From an uncultured Acidimicrobiia bacterium (GTDB taxonomy: Bacteria > Actinomycetota > Acidimicrobiia > Spongiisociales > ZC4RG35), in NCBI GenBank assembly GCA_963790345.1, contig CAWBOD010000011.1, forward strand, positions 227,681-291,680: a stretch of DNA of 64,000 nt. The letters run 5' to 3'. Position 1 is the stretch's first letter; each line of letters opens with the position of its first letter. Made by a program: the position numbers and the translations under genes. Positions 1-10,634 of this stretch are shown here, piece by piece. The notes under the pieces are model-generated. The model saw only the letters and a list, made by a program, of their open reading frames with translations. It had not been told where the DNA came from and made no database searches.

Positions 1-1038
1 TTTCTGATTCCCGAGATTGCCGCTGAGCTCGAAGTCCGGCTCGGCGCCGCCGGCCTCCTCTCGACATTTCAGGTAGGCGGATTCGCCGCCACCACGTTCC
101 TGGCGGGACGGCTGCTGCGGCCCCAGGAGTCCTTTCACAAGGTCGGGTTGATGGCCACCGGGTTGGCCCATCTTCTCTGCGTCGTGGCACCCGAGTTCTG
201 GATGGTCCTGGTACTGCAACTGTTGGCCGGGGTCGGGATGGGGTTCATGACATGGCTCTCGTGGTCGGAGGCGACCCGTCATCGGAGAGGGCTCGCCGAT
301 GTCGCAGCCGTGGCCCCCCTGGTCGCCGCCTTCTCGTCTCCACTCCTCAGTTGGCTGGCCGGATTTGGCTCCTATCGGGCCGTTTTCGCACTGGTTGGCG
401 CCCTCACGGTCGCCATCGCCATCATCCCCGCCCGCTACGGCGAGCTGCCGGCGATCGGTAGGAATGTGTCCGATTCAAAGACCAATCGCATCCTGCTCGG
501 CGCCCTCTTTCTCCTGATGCTGGCGGGGTCGGCGGTATTCGTATTCGCCGCCGCCGCGGGACAGGAAATCGCCCATCTGTCACCCGTGGTCGTATCCGTT
601 GCGTTCAGCCTCAATGCGCTGCTGGGGGTGGTTGCCACCCGCTTTTCGGCCAGGCCCGGGACCGCGTGGATGTGGCTGGCGGCCACTGCCCTCGGAGCCC
701 TCGGAATCGGGCTCATCGAATCGCCGATCGTATTCATGGCGGCGATGGTCGGTTGGGGCTTTGTGTTCTGGATGGGAGTCCCGGCGGTCTTCTTGTTGCT
801 GGCCGAGCGTTCACTCAGTCCGGCCGAGAGAGTCGGGGACGCTCAGTCCCTCATGGCCCTGGGACGTGTCGTCGGACCCATCGTCGGTGGCATCGTCCTC
901 GGCGCCGGTGCGTTTGATCGACTGTCGGTGGTGGGAGCGGTTGGTCTGGTGGCCGCCGCCGTCCTGGTGGGTGTTGTCGAAGTGGCGCGGCTCCGGCTGG
1001 CACCCCATTCGCACCCTCAGAGCGCCAGCACTCCCTGA
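1..1038 (+). CDS. MFS-type transporter, 5' end cut by window edge
   Basis: Frame 1 is open from base 1. ORF 148..1038 encodes successive hydrophobic helices (LQLLAGVGMGF, GRVVGPIVGGIVLG) typical of major-facilitator permeases. Confidence 0.7.
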   Translation, partial: FLIPEIAAELEVRLGAAGLLSTFQVGGFAATTFLAGRLLRPQESFHKVGLMATGLAHLLCVVAPEFWMVLVLQLLAGVGMGFMTWLSWSEATRHRRGLADVAAVAPLVAAFSSPLLSWLAGFGSYRAVFALVGALTVAIAIIPARYGELPAIGRNVSDSKTNRILLGALFLLMLAGSAVFVFAAAAGQEIAHLSPVVVSVAFSLNALLGVVATRFSARPGTAWMWLAATALGALGIGLIESPIVFMAAMVGWGFVFWMGVPAVFLLLAERSLSPAERVGDAQSLMALGRVVGPIVGGIVLGAGAFDRLSVVGAVGLVAAAVLVGVVEVARLRLAPHSHPQSASTP

Positions 1039-2135
1039 ATCGCCTCCATGCGCCGGACCCGGTCCATGGTCACCGCGCTGGTCCCATCCATGAGGGCCCG
1101 GGTCTCAGCGAGCACGTCCTCGAACGGGAACAATCTGATCCAGGAATCGGAGGTGGGATCACCGCTGTCGGTGAGGTTCCAGCCGGCCATGCGGTCGGTG
1201 GACCCGGCCAGTACCGCCTGCACCGCTACCAGTCCGAACCGACCAGCCAACAGCCGGTCGCGGAAGCTGGGATTTCCGCCTCGGACCAGATGACCGAGCA
1301 CCGTCCCTCGCACCTCCACGTTTGATTCGGGCCCGAGCCGGGCGACGACTTCCTGGACCAGTTCGTGAGTCGGTACAGGCACGCCCTCCGCCTTGATGAT
1401 CAGGGTCCTGGTCTTGTCGCGGATGCGGTTGAAGCCGTCCTCGATGCATTGGGTGACGGCGGTCAGAATCTCCTCTCGGCTCCTCTGATGCTCGGGCAGG
1501 AGAACACCGTCGGCGGCGGCGGCCACCGCCGATGCCATCGCCAGGTAGCCGGAGTGTCTGCCCATGACTTCGACGATGAAGGCGCGGTGATGGCTCCGGG
1601 CGGTATCGGTGATGCGGTCACAGGCCTCGATGATGGTGTTGAGAGCGGTGTCAACGCCGAGGGACTCGCGGGAGAGACCGATGTCGTTGTCGATCGAAGC
1701 CGGGATGCCGATGATGGGCATGGAGCACTCGGTGGCGATGACGTGGGCCCCCTCGAACGACCCGTTGCCCCCGATCACGATCATGCCCGATATCGAATAC
1801 TTTTCCAGCTGTCGGATCCCCTCGGCGCGACCTTCTTTCGTAAAGAACCGGGCAGATCTGGACGAGCCCAGAACGGTCCCGCCCATGCTGCCCATCGCCT
1901 CCACTTCGGCAGTGGGGGTCAGGTAGCCACTGCCGGCGCTCTGACGGGTCAGGGGACGAAACTCTCCGTCGATCAGTCCGTCATAGCCCATCTCCACCCC
2001 CCACACGGGCACCCCCCGCGAGGCGGAGACTTTCGTCACCGCCCTGATCGCGGCATTCATGCCGGGGGCATCACCGCCCGAGGTGAGGACTGCGAGAGCG
2101 GCCACGGCGGAACGGTAGCGAGGGGCACGCGCCAA
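1017..2135 (-). CDS. pfkA: 6-phosphofructokinase
   Basis: 372-aa ORF. N-terminal LTSGGDAPGMNAAIRAV, then IGGNGS and MGRHSGYLA motifs of the PFK family. Confidence 0.9.
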   Translation of the reverse strand: MARAPRYRSAVAALAVLTSGGDAPGMNAAIRAVTKVSASRGVPVWGVEMGYDGLIDGEFRPLTRQSAGSGYLTPTAEVEAMGSMGGTVLGSSRSARFFTKEGRAEGIRQLEKYSISGMIVIGGNGSFEGAHVIATECSMPIIGIPASIDNDIGLSRESLGVDTALNTIIEACDRITDTARSHHRAFIVEVMGRHSGYLAMASAVAAAADGVLLPEHQRSREEILTAVTQCIEDGFNRIRDKTRTLIIKAEGVPVPTHELVQEVVARLGPESNVEVRGTVLGHLVRGGNPSFRDRLLAGRFGLVAVQAVLAGSTDRMAGWNLTDSGDPTSDSWIRLFPFEDVLAETRALMDGTSAVTMDRVRRMEAIQGVLAL

Positions 2136-2178
2136 ATCTCAAACTGCAAACCCGATCCTGATGACCTAGCACCCGCGG

Positions 2179-3324
2179 TTGCCATACCATCGCCCGATGA
2201 GGCGTTGGCTCCTGATCGTTACCACCTTCGGTCTTCTCACTTCCTGCACCTCGTCGCCCGCCCTCCCCCCGCTCCTGGTCGTCACCGACGACCATGCGGT
2301 GAATGCGATTTCGACCGAGGGGGAAACGGTCGAGCTGGTAGCGGCCGAACCCGGTCGTCTGGTGTCCCAGGCGACCTGGGGGCCCGATGGCCGGCTAGCG
2401 GTTTGGACCGAAACGAACACTTCGGACGGCCTGGCGGTGATCGCGATGGGTGACTCGCAGGGACAGCGAAGGATCGACGGTGGTACGGCTCCGTTCTTCT
2501 ATGCCTGGAGCCCCCAGGGCACACACGTCGCCTATCTGGGCAATTCCCCGGATGGCTTTGGAGTGGCGATGGGATTGGTCGACGTCACGGCCGGCACCGC
2601 CCGCATCGTCGACCAGGGGGCGCCGTACTACCTCGATTGGGCGCCGGACGGATCTCGTCTCGCGATCCATGTCGATGCGACCTTCTTCGGCTTCGTCGAC
2701 CTGGAGGGCAATCGGACCGCCCTGACCGGTGTGGCGGGCCTGTTTCAGGCACCCCAATATCTCGACGACGGCCGGCTGCTGGTCGCCACCGGCGGAGACC
2801 AGCGGGGAGTGGCCGTGTCAGAGGAGTCGGGCGAACCGGTCTTGATCGCTCCGACCACCGGGGGCACCTTTTTCTCCGCCTCGCCAAAGGGTGATTTGCT
2901 CGCATACACCGACACCGACGACGCGCCGATCCTCGGGGCCCTGTCTGTCGTTCCCCTCGAGGGAGGCGAGTCGCAGACAGTGAGCGAGGAAGGTGTGGTG
3001 GCCTTCGAGTGGTCGCCATCAGGCGAACAGCTCCTCTTCATGACCGTGAACGCCGAAGGCACGGCCGTCATCCCCCAGATTTGGGAGGCGGGCTCGGTGG
3101 ACACCTATCAGGAGCTCCTCCCGACCCGGGAGATGATCGGCAACTACCTCCCCTTCTGGGATCAATACAGCCGGGTCCTGACCCTGTGGGCACCAGACGG
3201 CGCCAGCTTCGTGCTTCCGGTGGACGGGGAAAATGGTGGCAGCATCGTGGTCTACGACGTCGAGACTGGCGACACGAACCGGGTCTCCGGAGGACGCTTC
3301 GCCAGCTGGGCTCCCGGTTCCTAG
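2179..3324 (+). CDS. PD40/TolB-like beta-propeller lipoprotein
   Basis: Lipobox-like N-terminus (MRRWLLIVTTFGLLTSC). Repeated WSPxG/WAPDG blades (YAWSPQGTHVAYL, LDWAPDGSRLAIH, FEWSPSGEQLLF, LWAPDGASFV). Confidence 0.75.
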   Translation: MPYHRPMRRWLLIVTTFGLLTSCTSSPALPPLLVVTDDHAVNAISTEGETVELVAAEPGRLVSQATWGPDGRLAVWTETNTSDGLAVIAMGDSQGQRRIDGGTAPFFYAWSPQGTHVAYLGNSPDGFGVAMGLVDVTAGTARIVDQGAPYYLDWAPDGSRLAIHVDATFFGFVDLEGNRTALTGVAGLFQAPQYLDDGRLLVATGGDQRGVAVSEESGEPVLIAPTTGGTFFSASPKGDLLAYTDTDDAPILGALSVVPLEGGESQTVSEEGVVAFEWSPSGEQLLFMTVNAEGTAVIPQIWEAGSVDTYQELLPTREMIGNYLPFWDQYSRVLTLWAPDGASFVLPVDGENGGSIVVYDVETGDTNRVSGGRFASWAPGS

Positions 3325-3353
3325 CGAACAACCCTTCCGTTAGGGTCCCGGGG

Positions 3354-5337
3354 GTGTCCGCCACCATCACGCCTGAAGTCCTCTGGACCCTGCCGCGGGT
3401 GGGAGCGCCTGTTCCGGCCGGCCGCGGCCGCGTCGTGGTCCCGGTGACCACCTACGACATCGCCGCCAACAAGGGAAGCGGCCGCATCTGGCTGATCGAA
3501 CAAGATGGATCCAGGCGACCTCTGACCGCTCCGGACTTCAACGCTTCGAAGCCCACCGTGCATCCGACCGATTCGAAACTGGCCTTCATCGCCTCGATCG
3601 GTGACGAGAAGGTCAAGCAGGTCTTCGTCTCGGACCTCGATCACGAAGCCCATCCCGATTCGACCAAAGCCTCGACTTCCTTCCCGCTCGGCGCGCTCGG
3701 GGGGCCGCTGGCTTCTCGACGGCCACGCGCTGGTGGTGCTGGCGTATCTGTTCAAAGGACACCTCGATCTCGAAGCCACGGGCGAGGAGATGGTCCGTCG
3801 CCAGGACGCCAAATTCGTCTCTCACACAACCGAAGATCTCATCTATAGATATTGGGACACGTGGCTGACCACCGGTGAAGTCCCCCACCTCTTCCGGGTG
3901 GATCTGGAGTCGAGCGGCGTCGTCGACCTGACTCCCCGGTCGACCCGATGGTGGAGCTGGCCGAGCACAGATGACCCCATCGACAGCCTGACGATCTCCC
4001 CCGATGGACGTCACCTCTGTTACGTCGCCGACTCCTCGGAGCCACCCCATCGGAGAATCAGGCGACACCTGTACGAGATCGACCTGGAGACCGGGCACGA
4101 ATCCGACGTGACCCCCGACGGTGTCGTCCAGGTCCATCGCCCCCGATACTCACAGGACAGCCAGAGCATCGTCTACGGCTTCCAGATCGTTCCCGACTAC
4201 TACGGAGACCCGGTGAGGTTGGGTAGGTTCGATCGCGACAGCGACGAACATCGAAAACTGGCCGAGGGATGGGATCGATCGGCCGATCAATGGGAGTTCG
4301 ACGGCCGCGGTGATCTGCTCATCGTTGCCGAAGAGGCCGGCTATTCCCATCTGTTTCGCCTGACTTGGATGGACCCGCAGCCGCAACCGATTGCTCTCGG
4401 CGGGAGTTTGGGTTCTCCCGCCGTGGATACTGACGGAACGGTCTATCTCCTTCGTCACAGCCTGCGGGAGCCGCCTGAGGTAGTCAGGCTCGGCGCCGAT
4501 GGCGTGCTGGAGCCGTTGACCGATTTCGCCGCAAGCCTTCTCGACGGCATCAGTTGGGGACCGGTAGAAGACCTCACCTTCCTGGGAGCGGACGAGGACC
4601 CGGTGCAGATGTTCCTGATTCATCCACCGGAGCCGACCGAGGAATCGGGAGGCGGACCGCCCCCGTTGTTGCATCTCATTCACGGTGGACCCCATGGAGC
4701 CTTCATCGACGGATGGCAGTGGCGCTGGCACGCCCAAAGCTTCGCTGCCCGGGGATTCCTGGTGGCCATGGTCAACTTCCACGGCTCCACCTCTTTCGGC
4801 TCGTCGTTCACTTCCTCGATCCAGGGAGCATGGGGAGACAAGCCCTATCGGGATATCGAGGCGGCGACTGACCTGCTCGTCGGTCGTGGCCTGGTCGACG
4901 AGGCCAGAATGGGGCTCGCCGGCGGGTCGTACGGGGGGTATCTGGTGGCGTTCATTACCGGTCAGACCAGCCGGTACTCGTGTGCTGTCGCCCACGCCGC
5001 CGTCACCAACCTGGGCGGCATGTATGCATCGGATATCACAGGGGGTCGGGCCCTGGCTTACGGAGCAGAGATATTCGAGGACCGCGCCAGGGTCGAGCGA
5101 TACAGCCCTTCCTCCCATGCCGTCGGGTATTCCACCCCGACCCTGGTCATCCATGGGGAGAGGGACTACCGGGTGCCGACGACCCAAGGCCTCGAGCTCT
5201 ATGGCGTTTTGAAGGCCAAAGACGTCCCGGCCCGGCTGGTTGTTTACCCCTCCGAGAACCACTGGATTCTCAACCCTCAACCATCACTTCACTGGTACGA
5301 CGAAGTGTTCTCATGGCTCGACGTCTACTTGAGGTAG
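3354..5337 (+). pseudogene. S9 family serine peptidase (prolyl oligopeptidase/acylaminoacyl peptidase type), one frameshift
   Basis: The N-terminal propeller (GTG 3354, VSATITPEVLWTLPRV...FPLGALGG) is in frame 3. It continues in frame 1 as RWLLDGHALVVLA... through GGSYGGY and a C-terminal His region. The switch falls at a G6 run, 3700..3705. Confidence 0.85.
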
Positions 5338-5424
5338 AGACCTTACCCGCGGTTTTGTGGGTAAGTCGATTTTGTCATTCGACACCGGCCAGATGCGCTC
5401 CCGACCCGAGCGTTCCCGGGGCAA

Positions 5425-6084
5425 ATGGACATGGCTGAGACGGTCCTGGTGTTTGCAGGGGGAGATCCTCCCCCGCCAGCGGTCCTGGACCAGGTTCCGG
5501 CTGACGCCTATGAGCCGAATGGTGGCTTTGTGATCGCCGCCGACTCGGGCTTCGACCATGCCCGGCGGCTGGGGGTGGCGGTGGACCTGGTGGTCGGGGA
5601 TCTGGATTCCATTTCCGCCGAGGGACTCACAGCCGCCAAGGAAGTCGACCAGTACCCGACGGACAAGGACTCGACCGACCTCGCCATCGCCCTCGATACC
5701 GCGGCCCGGAGAAAGCCATCCCGGGTCATCGTGATAGGTGGGGCGGGCGGGCGCATCGATCACTTCCTGGCCAATGCCGGCCTGCTGGCATCTTCCGAAT
5801 ATGCCGATCTCGACCTGGTGTGGCTGCCGGGGGATGCCGTGATCCATGTCGTGCGACGCCGAGTTCAACTGTCCGGGTCGCCTGGCGACCTGGTGAGCCT
5901 TCTCCCCTTCGGCGGCCCGGTGCGGGGCGTGACCACCGACGGGCTTCGATGGCCCTTGCGTACCGCCCTGCTGGCGCCCGGCACCAGTCTGGGGGTATCG
6001 AATCAAATGTTGGGCACAACGGCCGTGGTGGAAGTCGGGGAAGGAGTCCTGCTCAGCGTCCAGCCCGACACCACACGAAAGTAG
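5425..6084 (+). CDS. thiN: thiamine pyrophosphokinase
   Basis: 219 aa with VVGDLDS, YPTDKDSTDLAIAL and GGAGGRIDH motifs. Confidence 0.85.
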   Translation: MDMAETVLVFAGGDPPPPAVLDQVPADAYEPNGGFVIAADSGFDHARRLGVAVDLVVGDLDSISAEGLTAAKEVDQYPTDKDSTDLAIALDTAARRKPSRVIVIGGAGGRIDHFLANAGLLASSEYADLDLVWLPGDAVIHVVRRRVQLSGSPGDLVSLLPFGGPVRGVTTDGLRWPLRTALLAPGTSLGVSNQMLGTTAVVEVGEGVLLSVQPDTTRK

Positions 6085-6105
6085 GGGGCGCGGTAGCGTC
6101 AGATC

Positions 6106-6537
6106 ATGGACTTCGGGTCGAACCTCTTGAACCTTCTCGTTGCGGCCGGTCTGTCCGGGCTGGTCGGATTCGAGCGTCAATTCAAACAACGCGACGCCGG
6201 CCTCCGCACCCACATGATGGTGGGCATGGGAGCGGCGCTGTTCACCATCGTCGGAGCTGAACTGGGTATGGACCGAACCCGCATGGCCGCACAGGTGGTT
6301 TCCGGAATCGGCTTCATCGGCGCCGGGACCATCTTTCGGGCGGGCGACAGCATCAAGGGCCTGACCACTGCGGCGGGGTTGTGGACGGTGGCGGCCATCG
6401 GAGTAGCCGCGGGATTCGGAATGATCGGACTCGCCACTACAGCGACGCTGGTTGCTCTCTTTGTGCTTTTCGGACTCCTGCCGGTGGTCGATTGGATCGG
6501 CCGGGGACGCACCCCGAAAGCCGACAGCTCGGACTAG
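6106..6537 (+). CDS. mgtC: MgtC/SapB family membrane protein
   Basis: 143 aa. GFERQ...AGLRTH, GIGFIGAGTIF and GLTTAAGLW signature of the MgtC family. Confidence 0.85.
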   Translation: MDFGSNLLNLLVAAGLSGLVGFERQFKQRDAGLRTHMMVGMGAALFTIVGAELGMDRTRMAAQVVSGIGFIGAGTIFRAGDSIKGLTTAAGLWTVAAIGVAAGFGMIGLATTATLVALFVLFGLLPVVDWIGRGRTPKADSSD

Positions 6538-7506
6538 GAGGAATAGACCTCGGGGTTGACGCACCACTGGAGTGGGCGACCCTCGAGGCCTGCCGCCAAA
6601 TTCTCCACCGCTCTGGTGGCCATGGCCAGCCGGGTCCGCACGCTGGCGGACCCGATGTGCGGTATCACGATGCAATTGGGCATCGATACCAGCGGGTGAT
6701 CGGCGGGTATGGGCTCCGGATCGGTGACATCGAGAGCGGCGCGGCCCATCCGCCCGGAAGCAAGGGCACTGGCCAGGGCGTCGTGATCCACCAGGCCACC
6801 ACGGGCGATATTCACCAATGTGGCCCCGGGCTTCATCGCGTTGAGGGCGGCCTCGTCGATGAGGCGCCGGGTCGAAGGGTTGAGTGACGCGCTCGAGAAT
6901 GACGTGGTCCGACTCGGCGAGGAGTTCCCCCACCTCCCGGTAACCGATCTTCAACTCGGACTCGAGAGAGGCTTTGCGACTGGGTCCGGAGTACAACATC
7001 CGGACTCCAAAGCCAGCGAGGCGGCGCGCAATCGCTTCACCGATCCTTCCCAGACCGATGATCCCAACGGTGGAGCCGTGAAGGTCCTCGCCCGTGAGGA
7101 GGTCAAGGCTCCACTGCCTCCAGTGCCCGCCCCGAACCAGATCCTGGCCCTCCGGAATCCGCCGGAGGCTGGCGAGGAGAAGCGCCATGGCGGTATCGGC
7201 GGTGGTCTCGGTCAGGACATCCGGGGTGTGTCCCACGGGGATTCGCCGGGCGGTGCAAGATGCAACATCGATGTTGTCGACTCCCACCGCCATTTGGGAG
7301 ACCACGCGCAAACGCGGGGCCGAGTCCAGGAGCACCGCGTCGACCTGATCGATCAGCATGCATAGGAGTCCCTCTGCCTCCCCCAACTCCTCGAGTAGCG
7401 AAAGGCGCTCGGCCGGATCGGGTCCAGGGAACTCGAACGCAGGGCCTGGCGGGTAGAGGGATCGGGCCGCTTCCGGCAATCCCCCAGTCACTACGAACCT
7501 GGCCAC
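6534..7506 (-). pseudogene. D-isomer-specific 2-hydroxyacid dehydrogenase (glyoxylate/hydroxypyruvate reductase-like), one frameshift
   Basis: N-terminal part (MARFVV...GIIGLGRIGEAIARRL...ESDHVIL) is in one frame. C-terminal part (SASLNPSTRRLIDEAALNAMKPGATLVNIARGGLVD...PHIGSAS) is in another. Junction near 6890..6897. The rest of the 731-aa ORF is antisense noise. Confidence 0.85.
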
Positions 7507-7564
7507 CGAGCAACCCTAGGTGCCTCTTCGGAGGATTTTCGAGTTCACGGCTAGTTTGAGGGGA

Positions 7565-8394
7565 ATGCCTCGAATCCGGTTCGCCGTGACCACAGGCCCC
7601 CGGGCCCGGCTCATCTTCTTCGGCGTGATCGCCGCGACCCTTCTGAGCGCTTGTGATGCGGCGTCGACCGCCAAGGCGATGTCCCGGACGACGACGTCCA
7701 CCGCCTCTAGACCACGACCACGACCACGGAATATCAATCACCCGTCATGTCCGTGACAAGTACCACCCTCGTCACGGCCGAGTCGTTGTCAGCCGGTTCC
7801 TCGCTCATCGGACAGGCAAAGGCGAACGTGGAGATCTACGAATGGCCGGGGGTAACGGCCCCTTCCCGGATTCTCGAGGCAGCCACTCTCCTGGGCTCAC
7901 CCCGCGTGTTCCTGGTGGAAACGGGACCCATTGATGGCTGGGTCGAAGTGGCCCTTCCCATCAGACCGAATGGGTCCACGGGGTGGGCGAGGGCGGGCGA
8001 CCTGGAGCTCAAGGTGGTCGATCACGCGATCGTCGTCGACTTGTCCGCGCGGTGGCTGCGCCTCGAACAGGGTGATGAGATCGTGCTGGAAACGGAGGTG
8101 GCAGTCGGGTCGCCCCATAACCCGACCCCGGTCGGCAACTATTTCGTGACCGATGTCGTGGAGCTCGCCGACCCCACCGGCCCCTGGGGTCCCTTCGCTC
8201 TAGGGCTCTCCGCCTTCTCCGACACCATCACCGAATTCAACGGTGGCGACGGTGTCATCGGAATCCATGGCACCAACCGCCCCGCCAGCATCGGGGAACC
8301 CGTCTCGCTTGGGTGCGTGAGAGTCCCCAATGATGTTGCCGTCCGTCTGGCCGACCTCGTGAAACTGGGGACGCCCGTAGAGATCAGGGCCTGA
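7565..8394 (+). pseudogene. L,D-transpeptidase (YkuD domain) lipoprotein, one frameshift
   Basis: Signal/lipobox (LIFFGVIAATLLSAC) and a Thr-rich linker are in frame 2. The catalytic part in frame 1 ends with IGIHGT...SLGCVRV. Frames switch near 7705..7712. Confidence 0.75.
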
Positions 8395-8409
8395 AGAGTC
8401 TCTTTACAT

Positions 8410-9639
8410 CTATCTCGGCACCGACTTCCAGGGAACGTCTTTGTCGACTCTGGGCTCCCCCGGAAGGCCCAGGACCCGCTCGCCGAGGATGTTCTTCATG
8501 ATCTCGGACGTTCCCCCCTCGATCGAGTTGGCACGTGCGCGGAGGAAGCTCTTCTGCCGGGTCAATCGCCCCGAGCCTGCTTCCTGGGGGGTCACAAAAG
8601 GATATCCCTCGGGCAACAGCATGCCGTCGGCGCCCATGAGATCGATCGTGAAAGACGAGATTCTCTTGTTGAGATCCGCCCAATGGAGCTTTGCGGTCGA
8701 GCCCTCCGGCCCCGGGGTCCCCAAAGCTCGGGCTTGACCGGCTCGCATCCCGGTGAGACGCAAGGCCTCGGCCTCGCACCACAACTTCATCAGCTCATCA
8801 CGCAGATAAGGATCGGTCAGGCCCTTCTCGATCCACACTGAGGTCGTCTCGGCGATGGCCCCACCGCCCCTCGGAAGTTGGGCAGACCCGATTGCCACCC
8901 GCTCGTTCATGAGGGTCGTCAGCGCAACCCGCCATCCATCGCCGACCTCACCCAGTCGATATGAGTCCGGGATTCGGGCGTCGGTGAAGTACACCTCGTT
9001 GAACTCAGCCTCGCCCGTGATCTGGCGCAGCGGCCTCACCTCGACCCCGGTTTGATGCATATCAACGACGAAATAGGTAAGTCCCTGATGCTTGGGAAGA
9101 TCCGGATCGGATCGGGCCACCAGCATCCCCCAGCGAGAAGTGTGCGCCAGGGTCGTCCACACCTTCTGACCGTTGACGATCCACTCCTCGCCATCCCTCA
9201 CTGCCCGGGTAGCCAGGCCGGCCACATCGGAGCCCGCCCCTGGCTCGGAGAACAGCTGGCACCAGACTTCCTCGGCCGTAAACATCGGTCGGAGCCAACG
9301 CTCCATCTGCTGGTCCGACCCGTGAGCCACGACTGTTGGAGCCCCCATCCCGTGGCCGATCACATTGCGGGCAACATTCAGTTGGGAAACTCCCTCTTGG
9401 GCAAGGCGATCGTTCACGACCTTCTGCAGACCCGGTGCCACGCCGAGGCCTCCGTGGCCCGGCGGAAAGTTGACCCACGCCAGCCCGGTGTCGAATTGAC
9501 GGCCCCAAAACTCTTCGGCGGGAGTTGTCTGAGGAGGATGTTGAGCCAGGAGTAGTTCGAGCGTCTGGCGGACTTGCTGCTCGTCCTCCTGGCTCCAATT
9601 CCCGGAGACCTGGAAACCAGGAGTCATAACGCTCGTCAT
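8410..9639 (-). CDS. acyl-CoA dehydrogenase
   Basis: 409 aa. QLFSEPGAGSDVAGL and WIVNGQKVWTT motifs; C-terminal EGGTSEI. Confidence 0.9.
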   Translation of the reverse strand: MTSVMTPGFQVSGNWSQEDEQQVRQTLELLLAQHPPQTTPAEEFWGRQFDTGLAWVNFPPGHGGLGVAPGLQKVVNDRLAQEGVSQLNVARNVIGHGMGAPTVVAHGSDQQMERWLRPMFTAEEVWCQLFSEPGAGSDVAGLATRAVRDGEEWIVNGQKVWTTLAHTSRWGMLVARSDPDLPKHQGLTYFVVDMHQTGVEVRPLRQITGEAEFNEVYFTDARIPDSYRLGEVGDGWRVALTTLMNERVAIGSAQLPRGGGAIAETTSVWIEKGLTDPYLRDELMKLWCEAEALRLTGMRAGQARALGTPGPEGSTAKLHWADLNKRISSFTIDLMGADGMLLPEGYPFVTPQEAGSGRLTRQKSFLRARANSIEGGTSEIMKNILGERVLGLPGEPRVDKDVPWKSVPR

Positions 9640-9738
9640 GCCGACAGGCTAGACCCTCGGCCGAGCAGTGGACTGTCGAGCACGCGGCAAGCGGCCGGCG
9701 ATCAGCCTCCGAGATTGCGGGCGATGATCATGATCTCG

Positions 9739-10608
9739 TCATTGGAGCTCGCCGGGATCTCGAAGGAGGACGACGTCGCGGATCTCGTCGATATGGGTCT
9801 GCACATCCTCGACCGTTGGAACCACCTTTGCGCCTGCGAACCACCCGGGATTGGTCCCGATGAAGATCCTGCCATACCGCCCTCCCCCGGCGGTGAAGAT
9901 CTCATGGCTGTATGGATTGGTCTCTGACGCCAGGAAGACGACCAGGGGCATGACTTGCTCCGGAGCCAACAGATCTGCCAGTGGACCCAGGAGTTGTTCG
10001 GTCATGCGAGTCCTGGCGACAGGGCCGATCACATTCGATTGGATCCCGTACTTGGCCCCTTCGATCGCAAGAACATTGGAGAGGCCGACGAGTCCCATCT
10101 TGGCGGCCCCGTAATTGGCCTGGCCAAAGTTCCCAAACAGGCCCGAGTTGGACGAGGTGTGGACGAACCGACCATACCCCTTCTCCTTCATCACCTTGAA
10201 GGCCGGCATCGAGACATAGAACGCACCTTTGAGATGAGTGTCGAGAACCCCATGCAGGTCGTCGAGGGTGAGATTGGAAAAGCTCCGGTCCCGCAGGATC
10301 CCCGCATTGTTGATGACCACGTCCACGGTGCCGAAGGCCTCGACTGCCGCCCCGATGATCGCCTCGCCGCCTTCCGGGCTGGATACGGAGTCGTAGCTGG
10401 CGAGGGCTTCGCCACCGACCGACTTGATCTCGGCGACCACCGCGTCGGCCGCCCGGGTTCCCGCCCCGCTGCCATCGACTGATCCGCCCAGGTCGTTGAC
10501 GACCACGCGGGCCCCTCGCCGCGCCAACTCGAGTGAATACGCCCGGCCCAGCCCCCCGCCGCCACCGGTGACCACAGCCACGCGGCCATCAAAGGATATG
10601 TCGGACAT
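9739..10608 (-). CDS. SDR family oxidoreductase (multifunctional-enzyme-type 3-hydroxyacyl-CoA dehydrogenase-like)
   Basis: Starts at ATG 10608 (MSDISFDGRVAVVTGGGGGLGR), inside the longer 405-aa ORF. NNAGIL and YGAAK catalytic motifs present. Confidence 0.85.
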   Translation of the reverse strand: MSDISFDGRVAVVTGGGGGLGRAYSLELARRGARVVVNDLGGSVDGSGAGTRAADAVVAEIKSVGGEALASYDSVSSPEGGEAIIGAAVEAFGTVDVVINNAGILRDRSFSNLTLDDLHGVLDTHLKGAFYVSMPAFKVMKEKGYGRFVHTSSNSGLFGNFGQANYGAAKMGLVGLSNVLAIEGAKYGIQSNVIGPVARTRMTEQLLGPLADLLAPEQVMPLVVFLASETNPYSHEIFTAGGGRYGRIFIGTNPGWFAGAKVVPTVEDVQTHIDEIRDVVLLRDPGELQ

Positions 10609-10634
10609 GGACGGGTCGCTTTCCGGGGTTCTGT

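Noticed and set aside
3690-3710. Programmed ribosomal frameshifting at homopolymer sites
   Set aside because: More than 45 such sites occur in unrelated housekeeping genes, in both +1 and -1 directions. No slippery-heptamer or stimulatory structures were seen. Error or recent decay is far more parsimonious.
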